From a virus: DNA of 64,000 nucleotides. Under the pieces are notes generated by a model, which ran no database searches, was not told the origin of the DNA, and saw nothing but the letters and a program-made list of their open reading frames with translations. Positions 29,185 through 39,287 of this stretch are shown in pieces. The stretch covers positions 21,175 through 85,174 of the IMG/VR virus record IMGVR_UViG_3300045825_000261. One strand, 5' to 3'. Position 1 is the first letter of the stretch; each line of letters starts with the position of its first letter. The position numbers and the translations under genes were made by a program.

Positions 29185-29604
29185 TCATGCTGTTGGGATT
29201 TTGCCGGCCTGTAAATCTACCAACTTCAACCCGCCAGTATATTGGCAGTGAGCCAATTCTTTGAACGCCTTCCAGTTGCCGGCCCATTCCAGACCGAGCG
29301 ACGTGGCGATACGGCCGCACTTTTGAAATATCACCGTGTCATTCCACTGAGCCTTGCCATTTACGATGGGGCAAAAGTCGAAAGCAACTCGAAAATTGTG
29401 AAACGATTGCCCCGCCTTTGCGTTCGTAACGACCTTCCCAGGAACACTTCTCCCCTGAGCGTACAAAGCGCTCTGTGATGCCGCATCGCGATAGGTGCTC
29501 GTGATCAAGATATCTATACCGGCATCAGCGCAAAGCTTCACAAACTGCTCTGCAAGCGCTTTTACATGCGGGGTCAGATCATTTAAATCTCTACTGTTGA
29601 TCAC
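29185..29604 (-). CDS. endolysin, M15 L-Ala-D-Glu peptidase
   Basis: TYRD..Q..LYAQGR, TNAKAGQSFHNFRVAFD, WAGNW..ELAHCQ. Confidence 0.92.
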   Translation of the reverse strand: MINSRDLNDLTPHVKALAEQFVKLCADAGIDILITSTYRDAASQSALYAQGRSVPGKVVTNAKAGQSFHNFRVAFDFCPIVNGKAQWNDTVIFQKCGRIATSLGLEWAGNWKAFKELAHCQYTGGLKLVDLQAGKIPTA

Positions 29605-29618
29605 TTTTAAACCTCACG

Positions 29619-29981
29619 CTAAACATTATCGCCAGCGCGATAGTTTCGGTCAGCCCCAGAAGTGCGGACAGCTAAGCCAGACGACAGTTTGTCTTCAAAT
29701 CTCGTTTCAATAATCTTGATAAACTCAACCCCCATGTGTCCAGCTAGACCAGTGCAGATTGCGGTAAGTGGAGCCGGCACATTAAACTGAAGACAGCCAA
29801 GCCAGCACATAAGCCCCGCAAAGCCAGACATGCCAAGGTGCATTATGACACTCCCAAACGAATGCTCATGTCCACGCTGAACTCTATGAAAATAACTCAC
29901 AAGACCCCCCCAAAGCGCTGTTATCGCAGCAAGCCAAACATGAGTCCATTCCAAATTTCCAATAAGTGTCTTTTCAGGCAT
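29619..29981 (-). CDS. holin (LydA-like)
   Basis: MPEK..WGGLVSY..SGFAG..GLAGHMG; upstream of endolysin. Confidence 0.8.
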   Translation of the reverse strand: MPEKTLIGNLEWTHVWLAAITALWGGLVSYFHRVQRGHEHSFGSVIMHLGMSGFAGLMCWLGCLQFNVPAPLTAICTGLAGHMGVEFIKIIETRFEDKLSSGLAVRTSGADRNYRAGDNV

Positions 29982-30038
29982 ATTGTTTCCCTAACTTTGT
30001 TAATTGCGGGTTAGCCAACTAGCCAACCCGTTTAAAAT

Positions 30039-30692
30039 TTAACCCTCGAAATAATCAACATCCATTGTCAACTGCCACGTACCGCCAGCATCCATAGCGA
30101 CAGGACAACGAACGCCAATGCACTCGCCTGGACCGAGCTCATATGGCTGATCGTTCGGCGCAGTGTACTCGATTACCTTTTCGTAAAACGCGCCAGCCGC
30201 CCCGCAATGAGATAGAGTCATGCAGTCAAACGGGTACGCTTCCCAAATAATGCCGGTGGTGGTCAATGCTGTGGTTGTAGCCACGTTAATTGCTCCGCCG
30301 CTTGCCGCATCAAGCTGACTTGAGATAGACGACATAACTTTCTTGGGGGCTGTGGCAATCGCCGTGCCGCCAGACGCGGCAGCGCCAGTGCCGCGATAAA
30401 GTTCAAGGCGACGACCCGCTGTGACGGGAACTGTAAATGCGGCTATCGTCGTCCACAGCAAGCGAATGCGCTGAAAGTGAAGCATTGATGTGACGTTTGC
30501 TGCGGGATTATTTCGCAAAACAACAAACGCCGAGCCCGCTGCCTGAGCGGCGGCAAGCGTTCCTGTAGTTAGCGCAAGTTCGTACTGGCGATCATAACCA
30601 AGTGCGCGACCTGTCACAATCAAGCCGCCGGAACCAGAGTCGATAGTGATTGCTGCGCCTGATGCGGGGTCTCGAATAGCTGCGTCTAACAT
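30039..30692 (-). CDS. putative virion beta-sandwich protein
   Basis: Composition and position in fibre operon. Confidence 0.6.
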   Translation of the reverse strand: MLDAAIRDPASGAAITIDSGSGGLIVTGRALGYDRQYELALTTGTLAAAQAAGSAFVVLRNNPAANVTSMLHFQRIRLLWTTIAAFTVPVTAGRRLELYRGTGAAASGGTAIATAPKKVMSSISSQLDAASGGAINVATTTALTTTGIIWEAYPFDCMTLSHCGAAGAFYEKVIEYTAPNDQPYELGPGECIGVRCPVAMDAGGTWQLTMDVDYFEG

Positions 30693-30704
30693 AATGCTCT
30701 CCTA

Positions 30705-32099
30705 TTAGTAGTGGTAGGACACATTAAATGTGCCCGTAAGTTGTTCGATACTTGTTGCGTAAATGGTGAAGCCAACTCCGGCGGTTACGGGAGAACAGGT
30801 TAAGCTCGCAAAAACACTCGCATATCGGTGATCGCTTGCTGTTCTGTCTACTGTCGGGCTTATTAAAAACCGCGCATCAACATTGCTCGTTGCGGTGATT
30901 GCGACCAATCCTGTTATGGATACCTGAGCTTCGTTAGAGCCTGGAAACGAGCCGAAGTTAATAACCGCCGTTCCGACGTTTCCAGACGATGCCGCTTGCG
31001 CGGCGGCAATTGCAGTAGTCGCACTCGCGGCGGCAGATGTGGCCGATCCTGTAGCCGATGCAGCGCTCGCTGCTGAGCTTGTTTCGCTCGCTGCGGAGGC
31101 CGCTGCTGACCCCGCTGAGGCGGTCGCGCTTGACGATGAAGCTGTCGCCTGCGCCGTCGCTATTCCAGCCTGAGTTATCGCCGCTGCTGCTGCTGCTGCT
31201 GACGCTGTTGCGGATGACTCCGACGCCGTTGCTTGCGTTGTTGCTTCAGTCGCTTTGGATGTTGCTATTGTTGCGAAATTAGAAGAGGCTGCCGCTGATG
31301 CTGCTGAAGCGGTTGCGGATGCCGCAGAAGCAACAGCTTGCGCTGTTGCTTCGGTAGCCTGCGCCGTTGCGGTTGTTGCTGAAGTTGCTGCCTCTGTCGC
31401 TTTGGACGTTGCTATTCCAGCTTGAGACGTTGCTGTCGTTGCGCTCGCTGCTGCTCCTGTGGCTGACGCTGTAGCCGCTGTCGCTTGATTTGTCGCTGCT
31501 GTAGCCTGGGTCGCCGCAGAGAGCAGACTTGCCGCTGCACCTGCCGCAGACGATGCAGCGTTGGTCTCCGAGGTTGCCGCGCCGTTCTTAGAACCTGTTG
31601 CGCTTGCGGCGCTTGCCGCTGAAGCTGTCGCGGAGACCGCTGCGTCCGTAGCCGAGCCACTAGCCGCCCCCGCACTACCGGCTGCCGCAACCTTACTTGT
31701 ATTCGTCGCAACAACATCAGCCGCAGTAGAAGTTGCTGAAAGCGCGGCACTGGCTGCTGATGTGTTTGCCGCCACTGACGAAGCAAGTGCGGCTGTGGCT
31801 GATGCTGCCGCTTCTGCCGCTGTAGTTGCCGAGCCTGCTGCCGCTGCTACAGCGGCAGAAGCGGCGCTAGTTGCCGCTGCCGTGGCTGACGCTGCTGCGG
31901 ATGTGGCTGACGCTGCTGCGGATGTGGCACTACCTTGTGCGGTTGCGATTAGTGAATCATATGCGGTTGGATCGAATAATCCGATTGGCCCTTGAATACC
32001 TTGAATACCCTGCGGCCCTTGTGACGACTCTGCAATAACCTCGACAACGGCACTCTCGACGAGAATGTTTCCGTCAACCGATACAGTTATGATGTCCAT
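30705..32099 (-). CDS. Ala/Ser/Thr-rich fibre protein
   Basis: Short collagen-like GPQGIQ followed by long heptad A/S/T repeats. Confidence 0.75.
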   Translation of the reverse strand: MDIITVSVDGNILVESAVVEVIAESSQGPQGIQGIQGPIGLFDPTAYDSLIATAQGSATSAAASATSAAASATAAATSAASAAVAAAAGSATTAAEAAASATAALASSVAANTSAASAALSATSTAADVVATNTSKVAAAGSAGAASGSATDAAVSATASAASAASATGSKNGAATSETNAASSAAGAAASLLSAATQATAATNQATAATASATGAAASATTATSQAGIATSKATEAATSATTATAQATEATAQAVASAASATASAASAAASSNFATIATSKATEATTQATASESSATASAAAAAAAITQAGIATAQATASSSSATASAGSAAASAASETSSAASAASATGSATSAAASATTAIAAAQAASSGNVGTAVINFGSFPGSNEAQVSITGLVAITATSNVDARFLISPTVDRTASDHRYASVFASLTCSPVTAGVGFTIYATSIEQLTGTFNVSYHY

Positions 32100-32452
32100 T
32101 ATTGAGTAACGCCCTGAGACAAAGTAATCTTCCCTTGAAGCAGCCGTTGCCCAGTGCCATCTGGAGCAATCATCAGAAAGTCGTAAAACGCAGAGGTGAA
32201 GCTCATTGCAGCGGTTGCCGTTGACGAGATAATGATGTCGATCGTGCCATTTATGCCGCCAAGAACAATTCCGCCATTCGCTGTAGTTAAGTCAGCAATG
32301 ACTGATGCGCCAGCGCCAATAGCAGAGCGAATCTGCATTCTTGCCGTATATCCGGTTAGGTTGATTGGTTTTTTCATGCGATCGCGCCACACCAAGCGCT
32401 GCTTGAATGTGGCATTTTGCTCAACAATAAAGTTAGAAACGGCTGCGACCAT
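32099..32452 (-). CDS. fibre adaptor/beta-sandwich virion protein
   Basis: EQNATF..PINLTGYTARMQIR..YDF..RLLQG pattern common in phage virion adaptors. Confidence 0.7.
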   Translation of the reverse strand: MVAAVSNFIVEQNATFKQRLVWRDRMKKPINLTGYTARMQIRSAIGAGASVIADLTTANGGIVLGGINGTIDIIISSTATAAMSFTSAFYDFLMIAPDGTGQRLLQGKITLSQGVTQ

Positions 32453-32521
32453 GATTGCCCTCGTAAATAATGACCGATTGTATGGCGAGAATCTTAAAAA
32501 AGCAAGTCAGTCGTGACTTAT

Positions 32522-33802
32522 TTATGAGCCAGTGGTTTCTTTGATAAGTTTATACAGTCTGTTCATCCAAGCGTAGTCGCCGGAGTACCTTCCCCACTCT
32601 ATTGCCATATAGAATGTAGGCGCAATCGTTTCCGTCCAAGAAACGCCCTTTGTGTGAGAGCTTCTGTTGGCGGGGTTTTCTATTCCGGAGTTTGCGTGAT
32701 AGTCAGAAACGCAAAATTCATGTAATGGCAATAACGACTCGGTAAGCATACTTGGCCTGCCGGCTCTCGCGTTATTCATGTAGAACGTATGAAGCCCAAC
32801 CATTGCTGCGGTATCGTTCGCTGCGGCTGTGGTTGGGAATGTGGCAACCGCTCCGGCCGGTGGGCCGTTGACAAGCATTGCGTAGGTGTTGAATATCTCC
32901 GCCATTTCCCAACCGACGGGGTTCGTAGAGAATGCACCAACAAGCAGGTTTGACATAAACGCTGTTCCGATCGCACCAGCGCCATCGCCATTCACTGTGG
33001 CGACACAGGATGTCATGTTGTACCCCCAGGACACTATGGCGTATCGAATAATTTTACCACCGGCGATAATCGGCGTAGCTACTGGCGCAACTGCCCCTGC
33101 GCCAGTAATTTGAAAACTTACGCTTGCGGTTGTGTATCCGGAACCCTCCGCAGTCTGGTATATTCCAGCAAGCGTGCCCGTTATAGTTTGGCGCTGTCTC
33201 GCGTAGATGTCATCAAGAAGTCTGCGATACCACTTTAAAGCAATCGCATCCCCATCAACCCAATATTTGAAGATGCACGCTGCCGCAATTGTAGCGTAAG
33301 CGTACACCGCTCTATACGAATACCCCACAGTACCATCAACATTAAAGTCTGACGGAGGATACCAATACGCGCCATCTGCAAGAATATTCACGTCAAGCCA
33401 CGCCATCCAGTTGTCGAGAATTGTTTTGGCTTGTGCCGATCTGGTATAAAAGTAATGTTTGGCAACAGAGAGAAGTGCTCGATACATGTATCCAAACCAG
33501 TTATCTTGCGCCGGAAAGTACCACTTGTTGTCGGTTCTTGAAACATAAACGCCAGCAACATAGCCTGGAGTCTCAAGTGCCTCAAGCGAAACTCTTCCGT
33601 ACATTGGCATAAATGGCCCAATAAGCTTCGCTGGAAACTGTGCCTTATACGCAAGCTGTGAGTCGGTCATCATGTTCAGCATTGAGGCGGAAATAGCTCT
33701 ACCGTTTGGTGCCGTTAAGCCACTGGCATGCCACCCACTTATCCACGAATACCCCGGAGCCATCGGGCCACGCCATGTTCCGTATGCAATTGACCCACCC
33801 AT
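32522..33802 (-). CDS. (alpha/alpha)-barrel glycoside-hydrolase-like virion protein, part 2
   Basis: Repeated aromatic-capped amphipathic helices (WFGYMYRA, GWEMAEIF, SWTETIA); inserted GSGYTT beta domain. Confidence 0.6.
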   Translation of the reverse strand: MGGSIAYGTWRGPMAPGYSWISGWHASGLTAPNGRAISASMLNMMTDSQLAYKAQFPAKLIGPFMPMYGRVSLEALETPGYVAGVYVSRTDNKWYFPAQDNWFGYMYRALLSVAKHYFYTRSAQAKTILDNWMAWLDVNILADGAYWYPPSDFNVDGTVGYSYRAVYAYATIAAACIFKYWVDGDAIALKWYRRLLDDIYARQRQTITGTLAGIYQTAEGSGYTTASVSFQITGAGAVAPVATPIIAGGKIIRYAIVSWGYNMTSCVATVNGDGAGAIGTAFMSNLLVGAFSTNPVGWEMAEIFNTYAMLVNGPPAGAVATFPTTAAANDTAAMVGLHTFYMNNARAGRPSMLTESLLPLHEFCVSDYHANSGIENPANRSSHTKGVSWTETIAPTFYMAIEWGRYSGDYAWMNRLYKLIKETTGS

Positions 33803-33832
33803 AATTAACCTCTAAAGTTGATGATGCTGCAA

Positions 33833-36800
33833 CTACAATGTTCTTGCGATCATTTCAGCTAATGAAGCCTGAGTTGGTTGCAAGTTTATATTTGATATTT
33901 TTTTACTATCAACACTTGAGTGTCCAAACTCAACAGTCTGCGATATTGCTGCGAAGGATGTATCTGGGTTACTTGTGCCGCTGGACCCATTACAGACGAT
34001 TTCGACCCCGGCAGCACCACACGATCCGCAAACCTTGTACTTAGTTCCGGTAGCGATTTGCATCGCTACGGTTGCGGAAAACAATACTCCAGCAATGCTT
34101 TTGTGCATGTTAATCGTGTTATTTTCTCGCGTTATGCCGAGCCAGTTAGCCGTATCGACTTTTGACAGCGCAAGGCACTCAATCGCTCCGGTTGTCGTTT
34201 TTGGAGTCCACTCAAGAGAAATTGTGCACGCGATTGTCCCAATTGTGCCGACAGACGTAACGCTAACCATGTCGCCATCTCTAAACTTCGGAACTGCTCC
34301 TGTCGCAATGTAACTTGTTACATTTGGACCGTCCTCCGCTTGAACAAAGTTGACAAGCCCAGAAACCGTGTAAATAACGGTTCCGGCGGACGTAACGTCA
34401 AATGTGAAGCTTGACGAGTACGTTGCAGCGCCGGTCGCAGATAGCGTCGCGGTTCCAGCGGCAACGGCAACAGTCCCAAATCCACTTAACCAAACGGTGT
34501 ATGTTCCAACGGCGAGCGTCAAGCTCTCTTGCGTCATTGGGGCAGATGAATATAGGAAGTGATTTGTTCTGGGTGGCTCAACCAAAAGCTCTGGCAACGT
34601 TTGCACGGGGACGTAAGCCCCATTCGTCCACCCAAGAACGGCCGCTCCAGCCGCGAACACCGTGTTTGCAACAACCTCATACCCCGCTGAGTTAAGATGC
34701 AGCCAGTCATACCTTAACGAGCTAGGTGGAACGCCGTTTGCGAAGTCTATAACGTCTTGAGGGACAGATGAGTTATATGCGTTAATCAGTGGGGTCGTTA
34801 CGTCAACAAATCTTGCTCCGTAAGTTGCGGATAGTTGTAGGTTGGTGCTTTGAATCTGTGAATAACCAACGCCGCCAATATACTCCGAAGTTGATGGGGT
34901 TATATACAGCATCGTATCGCCATTTATTATTGACAGCACCAAGTAATTCGTATGCCCAACTGCGGCGACCATCGCTGCAATGTCTGCCAATATAGTCGTC
35001 TGGTCGTAGTAGTTGTTTCTACCCGCCCAAATAATTACGTGCTTATTGAACAGCGTTATGTCAGAAATTAGTCTATTAAGAATTTGAGTAGAGGTTTCAC
35101 CGTCCACTCCTCGAATGTCGGGAGACGGCCAATTGTGCGCTCTGGCAATTTGCTCTCCATACGGAATAAGAGGCGATACGCCATTACCATGCGTTAAGCT
35201 GTCACCATAACATGCGAGTTTTGTTCCGGATAAATGATTCACATCCCATCTATAATCCCCAACAAATATAGATGGGTTTGTGTCTGCCAAATTTGTTACA
35301 TCCTCGTACATGCACTCGCTAATGAGAATATCAACGGCTTGAGAGTTTCTATTGTATGAATTTTTGCTTATAGATATTTCAAAATTCATTAAATTTGAAG
35401 AGTATTTTTGAGTAACGAAATATTCTTTCTCAACTGCGCCAATCACTACCTCCGCACCATACAAATACGGTGCACATGAAATCATTACTGATTGTGGGAG
35501 TCCTGTATTTGACTTTGCTAAAAACGATATTGTTCCAGAACTGCCGAACGAAAATGTTGTAGGGTATATAACCTGACAAAAGTCCGACGCGAGCGTTCCC
35601 GCACCCGCGTTCATTTGCACTCGATAGGCCGGCCTTCCATTACTCATCGTTCCTGATTGTGTGACGATTGGTGGAGTGCCTGTTCCAGACTGCCACTTCT
35701 GCCATGCTGGCAGTGTCATATCTTGGGTTGAGATATGGTTCTCCGTCAACCTTCCGCCCTCAAATCTAGGCCAATTTTGCTTAACGCTTTTCAGCGCTCC
35801 ACTGTAGTCAACCACGGTCGCGTCAGACGCCCTAATCAGAGATACAGGAGCGTTTCCCGCGCTAGGTAGTAGCGATGATGATAGTGGAAGCGTAGTCATC
35901 GCCGCGCCCTGAGATACGGTTACTAACTTAGAAATGGTTGGTGCAGGAAAATAGTCCGCATTACCTGGCTGACTTGCTACAATCTCACACACGCCAGCAG
36001 ACAGCCCAACGACAAAGTTTCCAGAAATGTAGCAGACGGATGGCGTTGTTGTGTTGTATTGAACCGCAAGCCCAGATGACGCAGACGCTCCAACTATGGA
36101 TGCAGAGCCAACACCAATAACGGATGGTGTAACAAGCATTGAATTTATTTCTTGTCTACTTGCACCAGCTTGAGTTTTGGTCCACTGATACGTCCATCTT
36201 GGAATGCCAAGATACCTATTTGGATCGGCGATTGTTCCATCGTTGACCGTCTGATCAACTCTAACGCTCCCAAACCACACCTCATATGGCGTGCCAAGAG
36301 CATTGGTCTGAAACTCAAACTGAAACCCGTTCAGTGTCGTTAAAACGTTAGAGGCCATTGTTTTTATAGAGTCGTATCTAACGCGGTTGATTATGAATTT
36401 TCCAGTCGTCATTGTGTTTGATGGCTCTACCTTAAACTCAACGGCGGGGTGAGCAAATGTAGTCTGCGAGAAACTAGGGGCCACACCAACCCATTTAATT
36501 GACAACGACTGCCACCCTATAACAACGCTCTTCGTGCACGCGAATGTTGTTCCTGCGCTATCTTTTGCGGAAAATACAACTGATCCAGCAACGGATGAAT
36601 AAAAGTCAAAATTGTAATTCGTGCTTCCGAGACTGGTTCCTGACGCGGCATTAAATACAAACCCGGCATACCCGGTTCCAGACCCATTAAAATTAAACGA
36701 AAACTCGTTTACCATTCTTGAGTTCGCCACGTCCTCTATCTCAAGAAACGATACGACGCCTCCAGGATTAACGTATGAAGAAACGTACCTGTGATCTATA

Positions 36801-37924
36801 TGGTCAGCGTCATATACAACGTTCGACACGTCCCAAAACAAGGATGGTGGATACACTCTGGTAACGAACGCGATTCTTGCAGATGGAAGCAGCGGCACTA
36901 AGACTTGAACGTTGCCGGATGGGTCATTTACGGGACTAACATTTGTCTTAAGAACCATTTTTCTACCACTACCGTCGCCATAAAACGATGTTGAGAAAAA
37001 GTTAAATGGCGTTGTCGGAGTAACATCTACTCTTGCCCAAAGCCCCCATCCCGCGTACTTGTAAGGTGGGCCACCCGCGCTCACGGTAGCGGTTACTCTT
37101 AAAGCGTTTCCGTAAGAGCCGTCTGGTCTAGGTAAAATATCAAAGCCCATGAGCGTACTTGCGTCGCTAAAGTTAAATAGGCCAAGCGGCCCCTTTTCAG
37201 CGTTAGGGGGAACGCTGAATGTCAATTCCATCGCGGATGACGCTTCTGCGGCGAGCATTGCGTTTCCAATTCTATTCGCAAGCGAACTGTATTTTGCGTC
37301 AGAGGTTGTTCTCCAAGCGTGGTACAGAGCAAGCATCAGATAATTGTCACCGTCATTCGCTGTTGATTGTGTCGTGGGTTGGTGAACCATCGGCCACCCA
37401 TCCACAGCGCCCCACCGCTTTGATAGCGTTCCGTTTCTGTATGAGTAAAATAACTGCAACACCGTGCCTATCGCTACTGTCGAAAGTATAGGAACAAGCG
37501 TTGACATTGCGCCTGCTGAAAAGCTATTCTCAATCGGTTTTGTTGTATCGACATAATTTGTGCTATCGCCTGACGATATTACTGCCATAAAATCTGGGCT
37601 TTTCATAACAGCGGCATTTACGCCGGTTGCAAAAGCCCCACGCACCCATGTCACATCACCACCAAACCAGCTTTGTGGAATAATTACTCGCTTACCTGTA
37701 GCGCCACCTGAAACAACAACAAACTCGGCGGGTAGGGAATTGAAGTTTAGAGCAGAAATTGACCCGCTCATGTTTGACTGCATCGGCTCACCGCCAACAA
37801 AGTCAGACTGCGCGTGAGACAACCCGTTTGACATTCGCGGATATGGCGCAACGTAGTGAGTGTGCAGGTCAGAGTTGAAACCTCTTGCGATTGCTGCTCC
37901 AGACAATGTGCTTAATGATGGCAT
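33833..37924 (-). CDS. multidomain tail spike: GH8-like segment, Ig-like, SGNH hydrolase, lectin-like
   Basis: ATG 37924 right after upstream stop; TANDGDNYLMLALY; SGNH blocks YGDSLT, GET, GRNN, DWLH. Confidence 0.75.
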   Translation of the reverse strand: MPSLSTLSGAAIARGFNSDLHTHYVAPYPRMSNGLSHAQSDFVGGEPMQSNMSGSISALNFNSLPAEFVVVSGGATGKRVIIPQSWFGGDVTWVRGAFATGVNAAVMKSPDFMAVISSGDSTNYVDTTKPIENSFSAGAMSTLVPILSTVAIGTVLQLFYSYRNGTLSKRWGAVDGWPMVHQPTTQSTANDGDNYLMLALYHAWRTTSDAKYSSLANRIGNAMLAAEASSAMELTFSVPPNAEKGPLGLFNFSDASTLMGFDILPRPDGSYGNALRVTATVSAGGPPYKYAGWGLWARVDVTPTTPFNFFSTSFYGDGSGRKMVLKTNVSPVNDPSGNVQVLVPLLPSARIAFVTRVYPPSLFWDVSNVVYDADHIDHRYVSSYVNPGGVVSFLEIEDVANSRMVNEFSFNFNGSGTGYAGFVFNAASGTSLGSTNYNFDFYSSVAGSVVFSAKDSAGTTFACTKSVVIGWQSLSIKWVGVAPSFSQTTFAHPAVEFKVEPSNTMTTGKFIINRVRYDSIKTMASNVLTTLNGFQFEFQTNALGTPYEVWFGSVRVDQTVNDGTIADPNRYLGIPRWTYQWTKTQAGASRQEINSMLVTPSVIGVGSASIVGASASSGLAVQYNTTTPSVCYISGNFVVGLSAGVCEIVASQPGNADYFPAPTISKLVTVSQGAAMTTLPLSSSLLPSAGNAPVSLIRASDATVVDYSGALKSVKQNWPRFEGGRLTENHISTQDMTLPAWQKWQSGTGTPPIVTQSGTMSNGRPAYRVQMNAGAGTLASDFCQVIYPTTFSFGSSGTISFLAKSNTGLPQSVMISCAPYLYGAEVVIGAVEKEYFVTQKYSSNLMNFEISISKNSYNRNSQAVDILISECMYEDVTNLADTNPSIFVGDYRWDVNHLSGTKLACYGDSLTHGNGVSPLIPYGEQIARAHNWPSPDIRGVDGETSTQILNRLISDITLFNKHVIIWAGRNNYYDQTTILADIAAMVAAVGHTNYLVLSIINGDTMLYITPSTSEYIGGVGYSQIQSTNLQLSATYGARFVDVTTPLINAYNSSVPQDVIDFANGVPPSSLRYDWLHLNSAGYEVVANTVFAAGAAVLGWTNGAYVPVQTLPELLVEPPRTNHFLYSSAPMTQESLTLAVGTYTVWLSGFGTVAVAAGTATLSATGAATYSSSFTFDVTSAGTVIYTVSGLVNFVQAEDGPNVTSYIATGAVPKFRDGDMVSVTSVGTIGTIACTISLEWTPKTTTGAIECLALSKVDTANWLGITRENNTINMHKSIAGVLFSATVAMQIATGTKYKVCGSCGAAGVEIVCNGSSGTSNPDTSFAAISQTVEFGHSSVDSKKISNINLQPTQASLAEMIARTL

Positions 37925-37926
37925 GG

Positions 37927-39222
37927 CTATGCGTAAATTGATTGGTTTGCGAAAAACTCGAACTGAGCGTTTCCGGTCTTTATTACGGTGTACGAATAAA
38001 CATCTGTTGCGTTGGAGCTTCCGGATACGGGAGCGATTCCGCCTGACCATTTTGGAGTAACTACCACCCCATCAACTTTATAGATGGTCGGGTAGAATGT
38101 CCCAGTTGTGTTTTTCACAATAAGAGTCACGGTTACTGACTGCCCTACTGCTAATTCCGCATCCAGCGCCTTTGTAGCACTTGCTCTAATGTTTAAGATG
38201 CAGTTTGCGGTTGCGGCGGTTCCGTAAAACAATATTCCTTGAGTGTCTATATCAAAGTCTATTGTCGCCGGCACAACTGTCGCTATCGTTGCTGCCTCAA
38301 CCATTGTGTGAATTGATGCCACGCCAGTAAATGACGGATTTGCAGACGAAGCTTTTTTTAACGCAAGGTCACTTAGGTGATCTTGAACTGTTGCACCCAC
38401 GAGTCCAGTTATTGCTGCGCTTTGTATCGTCGTCGCCGTTAGTGTTGCTGCCGCCGCTGCGCTTGCTGCTGCTGCATTTTTTGAAGCGAGTGCGGCTGCG
38501 GCTGATGAGGCGGCGTTTGTCTCGGACGTCAATACGCTTGAGGCTGATGATGCTGCCGCCGCTGCGCTTGCTGCTGCTGCCGTGGCTGAGTTTGCGGATG
38601 TTGTGATCGCTACCGTCATCGCGGCAGATGTCGCGCTTGCTGCCGCTGCTGTGGCTGAGTTTGCGGCGCTTGTAGCGGAGCTTGCCGCATTTGCTACCGA
38701 AGTGGACATGGACGTTGCTGAGTTTGCCGCCGTGGTTGCTGAGTTTGCTGCTGCCGTGGCTGAGTTTGCCGCTTCTGTTGCTTTGGCTGTTGCGGAAGTG
38801 ACTATTGCAGCCCCCGCTCTTTGTGTTCCAGCTATCGTACCTACGGTAAACTGATTCCCCATGTAGTCCGACAAAGTTGTCGTGTCTGCCGTGGACGACA
38901 GATACGATTGCAGTTCTGTCAGCGTTATTCCGTATCTGTATATTAAGTTCGCAAGGCTCGCCGCAATATCGGCCTGTAGCGTGCCGGTGAAGTTTCTAAC
39001 TATCGCATATGGAACGCCAGTCTCGGCCGATTCAAGATACGGAGTTCTCAGCGTGATGCTTAAATCATTAGTGACAGACAAAACTTCGTAAAACTTCGAG
39101 CCGTCACGAGTCAATAAATCACCCATCAACACTTGTGTTGACCACAGCGTACCGACGCCAGTTACCGCCGTACTTCCTGTCGTAAGTGTTGCCGTACCAA
39201 CTCTATACCATTGATTAGCCAT
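37927..39222 (-). CDS. tail fibre protein
   Basis: WYRVGTAT..GSTAVTGVGTLW N-terminal anchor; A/S/T heptads; C-terminal PKWSGG.AP domain. Confidence 0.8.
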   Translation of the reverse strand: MANQWYRVGTATLTTGSTAVTGVGTLWSTQVLMGDLLTRDGSKFYEVLSVTNDLSITLRTPYLESAETGVPYAIVRNFTGTLQADIAASLANLIYRYGITLTELQSYLSSTADTTTLSDYMGNQFTVGTIAGTQRAGAAIVTSATAKATEAANSATAAANSATTAANSATSMSTSVANAASSATSAANSATAAAASATSAAMTVAITTSANSATAAAASAAAAASSASSVLTSETNAASSAAAALASKNAAAASAAAAATLTATTIQSAAITGLVGATVQDHLSDLALKKASSANPSFTGVASIHTMVEAATIATVVPATIDFDIDTQGILFYGTAATANCILNIRASATKALDAELAVGQSVTVTLIVKNTTGTFYPTIYKVDGVVVTPKWSGGIAPVSGSSNATDVYSYTVIKTGNAQFEFFANQSIYA

Positions 39223-39287
39223 TGCTTGCCCTCATAATTCTTACATAGTAACACTCAGAGTTAAATATGTCATTTATGACTTATTTC

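Noticed and set aside
30990-31940. 21-nt-period repeats (also 38440-38790) as CRISPR or VNTR
   Set aside because: Degenerate coding repeats of Ala/Ser/Thr heptads in fibre genes; no repeat-spacer structure and no cas genes.
33803-33835. Genes 33833-37924 and 32522-33802 are in frame and separated by two TAG codons, suggesting amber recoding
   Set aside because: Many full-length conserved genes (dnaE, terL, phoH, scaffold) end properly at TAG, gene 2 has its own GAGG RBS, and no suppressor tRNA is seen.
37925-38050. N-terminal extension of the 1405-aa ORF
   Set aside because: It overlaps the fibre gene and looks non-coding; ATG 37924 directly follows the upstream stop.
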